Below, in pieces: positions 47,163-55,151 of a DNA stretch of 64,000 bases. Each line of letters begins with the position of its first letter. Within the stretch, counting starts at the first letter, position 1. The DNA lies in the IMG/VR virus record IMGVR_UViG_3300029911_000010, positions 1 through 64,000 of that record, one strand, 5' to 3'. Origin of the DNA: a virus. The translations under genes and the position numbers were made by a program. The notes beneath the pieces are model-generated. The model searched no databases, had not been told where the DNA came from, and was given only the letters and a program-made list of their open reading frames with translations.

Positions 47163-48491
47163 TTACCGGACAGCCGCTGCAGCGGCTTGCTTTTGACGGC
47201 TGCGGCCGATCACCTCAACGAGATAAGCTCGGGCCGCCTGCTTAACTTGTTCGCTGACACCGGCGTCAGCGGCTGCCACCTGCATGCCTGGAGGCGGGCC
47301 ACCGGCTCCCGGAGGAGGGCCACCCATGCCTGGAGGCGGGCCACCGGCTCCCGGAGGAGGGCCACCCATGCCCGGAGGGCCGCCAGCGCCTGGAGGCGGG
47401 CCACCGGCCCCCGGAGGGCCACCGGCACCACCGCCGCCGGCCTGTTCTTCCTGGTAGGCCTGCATGAACTGCTCGGGCGTGATGCCCATCTGTTGCAGCA
47501 TGGCCATGATTTGTTGAATATCGCCGCCACCGCCGCCAGAAGGGTCATCGCCGCCGGAGGGATCGCCGCCCGGAGGCGGGCCACCAGCGCCAGGGGGAGG
47601 GCCGCCCATGCCGGGAGGGGGAGCGCCGCCGCCTGCGGGATCTTCGTCACCGCCGGGAGGAGGAGCGCCGCCGCCGTCTTCGCCCTTGCCGTCGCCGCCG
47701 GCCTTCACCCGCTGCTGCACACGCTGCTGGCAGTAGTTAATGACGCGATCGGCATCGGATTCGGCTTCCTTGATGATTTCCACCAGGGTGTCCTGCACCA
47801 TGCGGTCGGCGGCAGCCTTGTCCATCGTGCCGTCGATCAAGCCGGCCAGTTCCCAGCCTGCCTGGCGGCTGAGTTGAGGATTGACCGGTTGAGCCACCTG
47901 CTGGGCAGTCTGCTGGGGCTGGGCAGCTGCGCCTTCCTTGGTGACGTTGGTCTGCACTTCATTGGCGATCTGGGCACAGAGAAGCTCACCCAACGAAGAG
48001 ATCTCGCCGGCCAGCTTCTGCAGCGGGTCATTGGCCAGATCGGTGGCGTACTTGCCGCCATTGAGTTCGCTGTTGTCGGTGCGGGCCGGATGGGTGGTGG
48101 GCTTCTTGTAGCCCTTGTCTTCCTTGGTGGTCTTGGTCTTGGGCACGTCCTCCCCGGTCGGCGTGGCTCGAAGCCCAATGTTGTACTGGTCGGCCTCGGC
48201 AGTCCCCGGCTCACCTACGCCACCGGACTTGGCAGTGCCGGCTTCGGGTGTGGAGTCGACCGAGGGCTTGCCCTGGTCGGCCTTGACGTCCTTGGTGTTC
48301 TCGGCCGAGCGGAAGCCTTCTTTGGCTTTCTCGGTCCGGTCGTCGACCTTTTTCACGGGGTGAGTGGTTTCGCCGCCGATGCTTCCGGGTTCAGTGTGAG
48401 CCTCGGCAGTCTTGGCAATCGTTGAAGCGGCGCTGGATTCCACGCGAGCAAGATACGCTTCGATCGTGGAAAGCTGGTGTTGAGCAGACAT
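47163..48491 (-). CDS. Scaffold-like protein with Gly/Pro low-complexity tail
   Basis: Between protease and MCP; repeated GGPPPG(A/M); K-x-A motifs. Confidence 0.65.
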   Translation of the reverse strand: MSAQHQLSTIEAYLARVESSAASTIAKTAEAHTEPGSIGGETTHPVKKVDDRTEKAKEGFRSAENTKDVKADQGKPSVDSTPEAGTAKSGGVGEPGTAEADQYNIGLRATPTGEDVPKTKTTKEDKGYKKPTTHPARTDNSELNGGKYATDLANDPLQKLAGEISSLGELLCAQIANEVQTNVTKEGAAAQPQQTAQQVAQPVNPQLSRQAGWELAGLIDGTMDKAAADRMVQDTLVEIIKEAESDADRVINYCQQRVQQRVKAGGDGKGEDGGGAPPPGGDEDPAGGGAPPPGMGGPPPGAGGPPPGGDPSGGDDPSGGGGGDIQQIMAMLQQMGITPEQFMQAYQEEQAGGGGAGGPPGAGGPPPGAGGPPGMGGPPPGAGGPPPGMGGPPPGAGGPPPGMQVAAADAGVSEQVKQAARAYLVEVIGRSRQKQAAAAAVR

Positions 48492-48537
48492 CCTTGTCTC
48501 CTAAAATTGCATCCTGCTGATCGGCCGAGGCTCGGCC

Positions 48538-50022
48538 TCACATCACCTTATTCTGCCCGATAGCAAGGGACGCTGTCAAATGGAAGTCGTGGTCACTGGC
48601 TGCCATTCTGTACAAGGCAGCCAGTTTGTAAAGACCGTAGTCCTCGGCAAGTTCGCCGGCACCGGGTACGTCCGAAGCCGACTTTTCTAAAGTTGATTTG
48701 CATTCCGGGGTCGGCAAATGCCGCAATTCGCACCGCATGGCACGCTCGGCAGCCGCATCCTGGGTCAACCCGTGAGACCCCTGGAGGTTGCGAGCAAGGG
48801 CTCTGATCGGTGTCGTGGCGACAGCGTCGGAACACGCATATTTGTTGAACGATAACCGGGCGTCAAACTTGGGATTCTGCGCAATCGTCGTGAAAATACC
48901 CGGCAGGCAGACCGAAGCCGCCTTGACAAGATCCGGTCGGCTGGTCCAACGGGCAAAGTCGGCCAGGGTCAACATCACCTTCTGATCAGCCAGGGCTCCC
49001 AATGACGCAGCAGCCTTTTCGCTGCCGGGCATGCCCAGCAAGGCCAGCTGCTCGTCGCTGATCGTTCCCTGCACGACAGGGTGGAAACTCTTGCGCACCG
49101 GCTCGGACGGCCGCATCCCTTGTTCCTGCCGGGCCAGCGCCATGGCCAGCTTGGTCTGCCCCATTAGCTTGGAATTCCAGTTGTAGGGAAAATCCTGGCT
49201 CAGACACACCGCCAGCGGCGCAGTGACGTTAAGCATTTCAGCCATCTCGGCTCCGGGGATGAAATCCTGGTGACTGGCGGCTTTCTCCAGCCAGTCAGCC
49301 TTGGTGCCGTAGGCCGTGCGATCAGCCGGCCGAAACACGTCAGAAATGTCGAAAAACGATGGCGTCGGATTATCGACGTGCAGGATGTGTCCGTCGAAGG
49401 CGACCTTGGCCAGATTCTTGGAGCAGCCGCCGTACTTGCAGGTTCCCTCGGTGCAGTATTCCTCACGGGTGCGAGCCTTGTGCTGGCAGCCGCTGCAGAC
49501 GTCAAAAGGCACCCGGCAAGCCATCGAGACTGCCAGGTCTTCGTCCTTAGCCAGCTTCTCCAGCTCTCGGCTGGCGACAAAGCCACCGTTGCGATCCGCC
49601 GCCGACTTCTCTCCGTTGAGCGCCGCCAGCAGCTCAACGCGGCTCATCGGCAGATTCATCGCCGACTTTTCCACCCGGCCGTAGCTTAGCCGTGGATCTT
49701 TGTTCTGGTGGTTGCGATACCAGCGGGCGTACTTCTCAAACGTATTGTGATAATCCTTGAGCGTCTGCTCGGTCCAACCGTCGCCGTTGCGATTAGGTCC
49801 CCACTTCTCGGTAGAGCCCATGGCCAGCAAGTGAACCGGCACTTCGTCCTTGGCAAACTTGATGGAGTCCAGGATGTCCAGGAACGCCGGAGCCGTAGCC
49901 CCGGCCAGCTTTATGAAGTCGCTGCGATCGCTGCCGATCAGACCGCGACTGGAGACCTTGATCATCTGCGCAATGGGCTGGTCCCAATTCCATCCTGACG
50001 GGCTGAAAATCTTGATCATCAT
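48538..50022 (-). CDS. Prohead (capsid maturation) serine protease with Zn-finger insert
   Basis: NRNGD, RNHQN (His), VSMAC (Ser), CSGC..YC, FFDISDV.RPAD. Confidence 0.75.
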   Translation of the reverse strand: MMIKIFSPSGWNWDQPIAQMIKVSSRGLIGSDRSDFIKLAGATAPAFLDILDSIKFAKDEVPVHLLAMGSTEKWGPNRNGDGWTEQTLKDYHNTFEKYARWYRNHQNKDPRLSYGRVEKSAMNLPMSRVELLAALNGEKSAADRNGGFVASRELEKLAKDEDLAVSMACRVPFDVCSGCQHKARTREEYCTEGTCKYGGCSKNLAKVAFDGHILHVDNPTPSFFDISDVFRPADRTAYGTKADWLEKAASHQDFIPGAEMAEMLNVTAPLAVCLSQDFPYNWNSKLMGQTKLAMALARQEQGMRPSEPVRKSFHPVVQGTISDEQLALLGMPGSEKAAASLGALADQKVMLTLADFARWTSRPDLVKAASVCLPGIFTTIAQNPKFDARLSFNKYACSDAVATTPIRALARNLQGSHGLTQDAAAERAMRCELRHLPTPECKSTLEKSASDVPGAGELAEDYGLYKLAALYRMAASDHDFHLTASLAIGQNKVM

Positions 50023-50031
50023 CGACTCCTG

Positions 50032-51441
50032 CTATTGATGCTGACGGGCGGCGTGCAGCTTGTCCAGTATAGCCTGGGCTTCGGGATGTTCCTGCATGTA
50101 CTGTTGATGTGACGCCAAAGTGGCATTGCGCTGTTGTACGTACGGATCGTAGCCTTTACCTAATAGCAACGGACCTGCCAGCGTCGCCGCAATCTGCGCT
50201 CCCGTACCGCCTCCACGACTCCACAGACTGGGTTTCGCAAGACCACGGCCAGCTGATAAAACACCAGGCAGAGCTTCACCGTGAATACCGAGCGGCAGCT
50301 CGGCATTAACGTTTGCCATAATATCAGTCGGGAACGGGCTCTTGGGGTCGGCGGCCAAACGTTGCACGGTATTCAGAATGCCGGCTGACTGAGGCGTCGG
50401 CGCAGCCGGACCGGTAGCCATGTGGTCGTTGAACAGCCGGTGAAAAGCGTCTGCTCGGGTGGCGTAGTCTGGCATGTTCGATCCCGAACCAACGCCGCCT
50501 TGCTGTTCGTGATCATACAGATCACGGAGAAACTGCGTAGCACTGGCGACGTGGTTGGCCCGCGTCTGCCCAGTCGAGTTGGCCAGCATCGTTGATTTGG
50601 ACATATCGCCCAGCCCGTGCGATGCAGCTGTGTCTTGCAGCAATTTGGTCTGCTCTGGCGTGAATTTAGAGTAGTCGCTCACCGGTGAGCTGGGATTCAT
50701 GGCCCGAATTGCCGCAAGCTGCACGTTACGACCGCCATCTACGAGCGTCTTATAAACGGCAGGCGGTACTTTGCCTTCAATACCTTTCATGAACGCGTCG
50801 GTGTTGACCATTGAGTCTATGCCGCCTCTTAGCCCCAGCCAGTCAACACCCTTATGCAAGTTGTTCATGGCCGCGTTGTAGGCCGGGCGACCGACTAGAT
50901 TCCAGCTGGCAAGACCGCCGATACCTAAACCCACGTTAGATCCGGCGTTGCTGATCATGTCGTTAAGACCACGCGGAAAATCAGTCATTAGCTTGACGGC
51001 GTTGGAGTGCCCTTGCCAGGCTGCGTCCTGTTGTGCGTTGTTGAGTTCCTGGGCTTGCTGCAAATTCTTCGTGGCTGAACCATCCGGCGGGTTCATGTAA
51101 TTGCCCAGCTGCTTCAAGCCGTAATGCAGACCGCCGCCGATGGCACCGCCGGCCAAAGCTCCGGTCAAGGCGCTGCGCCACGGATGCTTTTCGCGTCCGG
51201 GCTCGTCGTTCATGTAGTCGCTGGCCATGCCAATGCCGCCGCCGATGCCGGCACCCGCCAGACCAGCCAGCAGTGAATCGCCACCGACAGCGTACGGATT
51301 TGCCGGTGCTGCCGGTGCTGCCGGTGCTGCCGCACCGGTCTTTTTCAGGCCGGCCTTTTTAACCATCCGGACGGCGCAGGCTCGCTTGGCCAGAATGTCG
51401 CTGGCTTCCTTGACGGTCATGTTTTTTAAGTCAAGCGGCAT
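50032..51441 (-). CDS. Putative internal virion/ejection protein with glycine-zipper segments
   Basis: LLAGLAGAGIGGGIG, ALTGALAGGAIGGG; K-x-A-rich N-terminal leader. Confidence 0.6.
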   Translation of the reverse strand: MPLDLKNMTVKEASDILAKRACAVRMVKKAGLKKTGAAAPAAPAAPANPYAVGGDSLLAGLAGAGIGGGIGMASDYMNDEPGREKHPWRSALTGALAGGAIGGGLHYGLKQLGNYMNPPDGSATKNLQQAQELNNAQQDAAWQGHSNAVKLMTDFPRGLNDMISNAGSNVGLGIGGLASWNLVGRPAYNAAMNNLHKGVDWLGLRGGIDSMVNTDAFMKGIEGKVPPAVYKTLVDGGRNVQLAAIRAMNPSSPVSDYSKFTPEQTKLLQDTAASHGLGDMSKSTMLANSTGQTRANHVASATQFLRDLYDHEQQGGVGSGSNMPDYATRADAFHRLFNDHMATGPAAPTPQSAGILNTVQRLAADPKSPFPTDIMANVNAELPLGIHGEALPGVLSAGRGLAKPSLWSRGGGTGAQIAATLAGPLLLGKGYDPYVQQRNATLASHQQYMQEHPEAQAILDKLHAARQHQ

Positions 51442-51447
51442 CTGATC

Positions 51448-52854
51448 CTACTTTTTGACGTTGCCCGGCTGCGGAGCTGCCGGCTTAGGCATCGGGTCAA
51501 CAGGAGCCGGCTGGGTATCCTTGAGACCTTTTTCAAGATCCAGCATCTGCCCGTGCTCGAACGGTTGGACGTTGCCCTGGAGATATCGCTGCAGATGCGA
51601 ACGCATGAGCGCCGGCTGAGAAGCGGCACGGGGCGTAAGCCGCGAGATCTCGTTATAGGCGTGCAGCACTTCGTCGGGTTCATGACCACCGATCACGGGA
51701 TCATTCATCATGTCAGACAGCATCGACTGTGTCTGAATCTGCTGCAGCTTGGCGGCATGCCTGGGATCTTCCAGTTCTTCATAGGGTCCGGCTACTGGAT
51801 CACCGGACTCCTGCTTAAAAGGGTTGAGAACTTCTCCAAACAGATTCTTGGCGTCGCTGACCATGTCCATCAGCTTGATCGGCGTGGCTGCCGACTTAGT
51901 CAATAGATTGAACGACGCGTCCTTGACTGGTCCGTGAATCAGCGGACCCAGGATATCCTGCTTGTGGATTTCGGCCGCCGTCTTGGCGGCGGCTTCCGCA
52001 TTGCGAAACTGGATGACGTCCTTGGCCAGCTTGACGCAGCGGGTCAGCGCCGACCAGGGCATCTGTTGCGGCTCGACGGCGACGACCTGCTTGCCCCAGT
52101 TGACGCTGTCGCCTCGAAGCGAGTTCTCGGCCATCTTGTTACGAGTGAATACCCAGTCCATCACCGCCTGGCCGTTGGCACCGTGATAAACTTCGGCGGT
52201 TTTTTCCACCAGGGCGAAAGGCAAATGCCGCTCCGGCGACTGACGGAAGTAGTCACCTAGTTCGCCCATGGCTCCGATCAGCTTCTGGTAAGCGTCGCTG
52301 GCGTTGACGCGGGCGTCAGCCGCCTGCTTGGTCAACTTCTCGTCCAGACCCATCGCCAGCGACAATGCCGACTTCTTGGGACACGTGCAATGCTCCATCG
52401 GACGATGGCATTCTTTGCAGTGGTCAGCCGTCTTGAGCAGGCCGGCCACCTGGATTGAAGCCGCCTTGATCATCGACACGTTCGGCTGGCGGAGATTGTG
52501 ATCAAGGAAGAACGCCGGGCCACTGCCATACTCGTTTGACACGGTGGCGTAAGCCTCGTCGGCTGCCGTCTTGACCTGCTTGGGCCAGATGCGATCGATT
52601 ACCTGGTCGGGATCTGCCAGGGGAAAGTCGGCGAACTTTTCCAGGGCATTGTCGTTCTCCTGCCGCTGGTAAGTCTGCCGCCCGGTGTTGTAGGCGTACG
52701 ATGCAAAGCGAACCATGTCCGGACCCCAGCTGGAGTCGCGGGCGATCTTCTCGATCGCATCGACAGGAGACATCTCGTCTTCATCGACCAAGGTCACTGC
52801 TTGCTTGACGGCAAGAATGACTTTGTTTTCAGCTTCCTTGCTGAGCGTCTGCAT
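51448..52854 (-). CDS. K-x-A-rich head protein
   Basis: 468 aa with many KxA motifs; hairpin RBS. Confidence 0.7.
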   Translation of the reverse strand: MQTLSKEAENKVILAVKQAVTLVDEDEMSPVDAIEKIARDSSWGPDMVRFASYAYNTGRQTYQRQENDNALEKFADFPLADPDQVIDRIWPKQVKTAADEAYATVSNEYGSGPAFFLDHNLRQPNVSMIKAASIQVAGLLKTADHCKECHRPMEHCTCPKKSALSLAMGLDEKLTKQAADARVNASDAYQKLIGAMGELGDYFRQSPERHLPFALVEKTAEVYHGANGQAVMDWVFTRNKMAENSLRGDSVNWGKQVVAVEPQQMPWSALTRCVKLAKDVIQFRNAEAAAKTAAEIHKQDILGPLIHGPVKDASFNLLTKSAATPIKLMDMVSDAKNLFGEVLNPFKQESGDPVAGPYEELEDPRHAAKLQQIQTQSMLSDMMNDPVIGGHEPDEVLHAYNEISRLTPRAASQPALMRSHLQRYLQGNVQPFEHGQMLDLEKGLKDTQPAPVDPMPKPAAPQPGNVKK

Positions 52855-53908
52855 GTTGGTCCTCCTGACCAGTCGGCTTTCTCGGCGCTGGCAATGCCAG
52901 TTTCTCGATGCCGTCCATTGTACGCGGTTTTCGCCCAGACGAAAGTTCGAGCATTTCGTGGGTACGCAGCTCTGCGGCCGCGTCGTCGTAACGTTCCACC
53001 GGTTTGCCAGTAATCAGCTTCCTGCCCTTTTCACCGACCGCCCAGTTCAATCCTTTGAGCGTGGCGGCGATGTTGCTGAGCAGCTGGCTTTGCGGCACAC
53101 CGTCGCCAGCCGCCGCTTGTTCCATGGTCTTGATTTGTATATGCACCTGAAACAGATCCATGACATTGAAGCGATTGACTTCGAAATTCTGCGCAGCCAT
53201 CGCTGAGCGGTGCTTCAAACGAGTAAACGTATGATTGTCCAACCACGGAGCAACGTCGTCCTTGCCCTGGGCGATTACGCCTTTGTGGAATCCGCACTGC
53301 AGGATGTAGTCCAACACCGCAGGCCCGCCGAAGTAGGCGAACATTTTGGTCGTCGGGTCGAAAAACGGTTCACTCAGCGGCGAGCGGCTGAACGTCATCA
53401 TCTGCGGATTGTCGGGGTCATTATTGTTGTTGCGCTGCGGCTGATTCATCGTTTGATCCAGCCCGGCGTTGATGGCGGCTTCGTACGCCGGCATCAGCAC
53501 GCGGTCGACAATCCAGCCGGTGTTTTTCAACCGCCCACGCACGTCGAAGAACATGGCGGAATACCACCGAATCATCTCCGGTCGTGTACCCAGCTCGTCG
53601 GCGATGACCTGGTCGGTACAGCCGTTGAGAATGCGGGACTCGATGATAGTGATCATCCGGTTGTTGACCTGCTGCTCGGAGTACAGCTGGTAAGCCAGGA
53701 AGACCCCCAAGTCGCGCCAAGCCAGCTGCTCCCGCGTAGCCTGATCAGCCGAGCGGTATCGCAGCACGAATTCCCTGAACCGTCGGACGTACTCGTCGTC
53801 GCTCTTGACGCATCGCTTGACCGGCGTGTTGTCGATCATCTGCAACACACGATCAAACCGCCACCCTGGCGGTCGGAACGGACTGAATCTGTGAAACCTG
53901 ACTTGCAC
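52829..53908 (-). CDS. Hypothetical protein, possible HTH
   Basis: TDQVIADELGTRPEMIRWY. Confidence 0.65.
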   Translation of the reverse strand: MQVRFHRFSPFRPPGWRFDRVLQMIDNTPVKRCVKSDDEYVRRFREFVLRYRSADQATREQLAWRDLGVFLAYQLYSEQQVNNRMITIIESRILNGCTDQVIADELGTRPEMIRWYSAMFFDVRGRLKNTGWIVDRVLMPAYEAAINAGLDQTMNQPQRNNNNDPDNPQMMTFSRSPLSEPFFDPTTKMFAYFGGPAVLDYILQCGFHKGVIAQGKDDVAPWLDNHTFTRLKHRSAMAAQNFEVNRFNVMDLFQVHIQIKTMEQAAAGDGVPQSQLLSNIAATLKGLNWAVGEKGRKLITGKPVERYDDAAAELRTHEMLELSSGRKPRTMDGIEKLALPAPRKPTGQEDQHADAQQGS

Positions 53909-53919
53909 GATTTACCTTT

Positions 53920-54264
53920 CTACGGTTGTTCACGAAAACATTCAGGCAGAGGAGCATCGAAAACTTTGAGCTTCGTGTTGGCCTCACCGACCAAGCGATC
54001 GAGAACGTCGGCATCATCACCCGGATTGGTGCCATCAGGCAGCCCGATCATAAAACGCGGACCACCGGGACTGAATACGTTAATCGTCTTGACCTTGTTG
54101 CGTCGTATGATCCGACCAAAGTTCCATTTCGAAGACGTCGGATCAGCTTCCAGCCATGTCATGATCTCCGGGGTGACTTCAACTTGTCGGTTGAACGGTT
54201 TGATAAAGTTTCCTTGTTCTGGAGCCAGTTCGCCACATTCGCGTGGGTCATTCCACCATTCCAT
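53920..54264 (-). CDS. Hypothetical protein
   Basis: GAGGAG RBS, 114 aa. Confidence 0.6.
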   Translation of the reverse strand: MEWWNDPRECGELAPEQGNFIKPFNRQVEVTPEIMTWLEADPTSSKWNFGRIIRRNKVKTINVFSPGGPRFMIGLPDGTNPGDDADVLDRLVGEANTKLKVFDAPLPECFREQP

Positions 54265-54282
54265 GGAAAACTCCTCTTAGTC

Positions 54283-54891
54283 TTAAGCTCCGGTACCGAT
54301 ACTTTCATGTGAGCGCACGGCGATGCGGTACGTGCCGGTTGCGGCCAGCTTGACGTACAGTTTACGGTTTACGCCGATGTTGCGGTTGGGCAGAGCGTCC
54401 TGATTTTTGAATGTGATATCCAAATTGGCGTGCAGCGGGCTCGCACCGGTGATGGTTGCAAACACCCGGTACAGTTCCTGCTCAGCCGAAGGAATCTGTA
54501 CTTGGGCAGTGCCGCCAACCGCGTCGGCCGTCCACGACTGGTCAGTGACGATGTTAAAGTCATCCACGACTTCCAACACCCGATGGCTGGTGTTGTAGCC
54601 GGACGTGGGGCTGCTGGCCACGACAACCACATCGCCTACCTTACAAGCCAGGGCGCTGTTGGGATTCATTTCAACGTAGCAATAGCCGTTGCCGTCGTTG
54701 GTGATCAGGTACACCGGCACGGCCACCAGCGGCGACGCGAACGCCCGGCTAAACAAATCGGCGGTCACGGTTCCGCCGCCGATCAGAATGATCGTGATGT
54801 AGTCCAACGTGCAGCGGCCGGGGTAAGACAAAGCCACGATCTGATTGGAGCCAACGGTGGTCACGGAAAATTCTTTTTCGTATGGCGTCAC
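54283..54891 (-). CDS. Beta-rich putative virion surface protein
   Basis: KVGDVVVVASS..GYN..HRV insert domain; hairpin RBS CTGGC-ACGGAG-GCCAG. Confidence 0.65.
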   Translation of the reverse strand: MTPYEKEFSVTTVGSNQIVALSYPGRCTLDYITIILIGGGTVTADLFSRAFASPLVAVPVYLITNDGNGYCYVEMNPNSALACKVGDVVVVASSPTSGYNTSHRVLEVVDDFNIVTDQSWTADAVGGTAQVQIPSAEQELYRVFATITGASPLHANLDITFKNQDALPNRNIGVNRKLYVKLAATGTYRIAVRSHESIGTGA

Positions 54892-55149
54892 TTGTGCTGG
54901 CCTCCGTGCCAGTGAAAGTAAAATGCGTCGGCAGCTTCGATAAGCGGGCCGCGAATTTCAGGGTGCAAATCCTTGAGTCGTTTAGACGACTTCTGACAGT
55001 TACAGGCTCGACACAACCGGACAGCGTTACCGGGTTTCAAGCCGTTTCCTCGCGATAACGGTCGAACGTGATCGGTACAGGTCGCGGTTGCTTTGACGTA
55101 TGACGGTCAAACGGCTGTACCTATCGTTGAGCAGGTCTAGTGCTTGCAT
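54888..55149 (-). pseudogene. Degenerate HNH homing endonuclease remnant
   Basis: MQALDLLNDRYSRLTVIRQS in one frame; TDHVRPLSRG..NAVRLCRACNCQK in the +1 frame with no start. Confidence 0.7.
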
Positions 55150-55151
55150 GA

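Noticed and set aside
26671-48425. Long plus-strand ORFs (26671-28134, 29727-31382, 31401-32462, 46740-48425 and similar)
   Set aside because: Antisense shadows of GC-rich minus-strand genes; no RBS or recognisable motifs.
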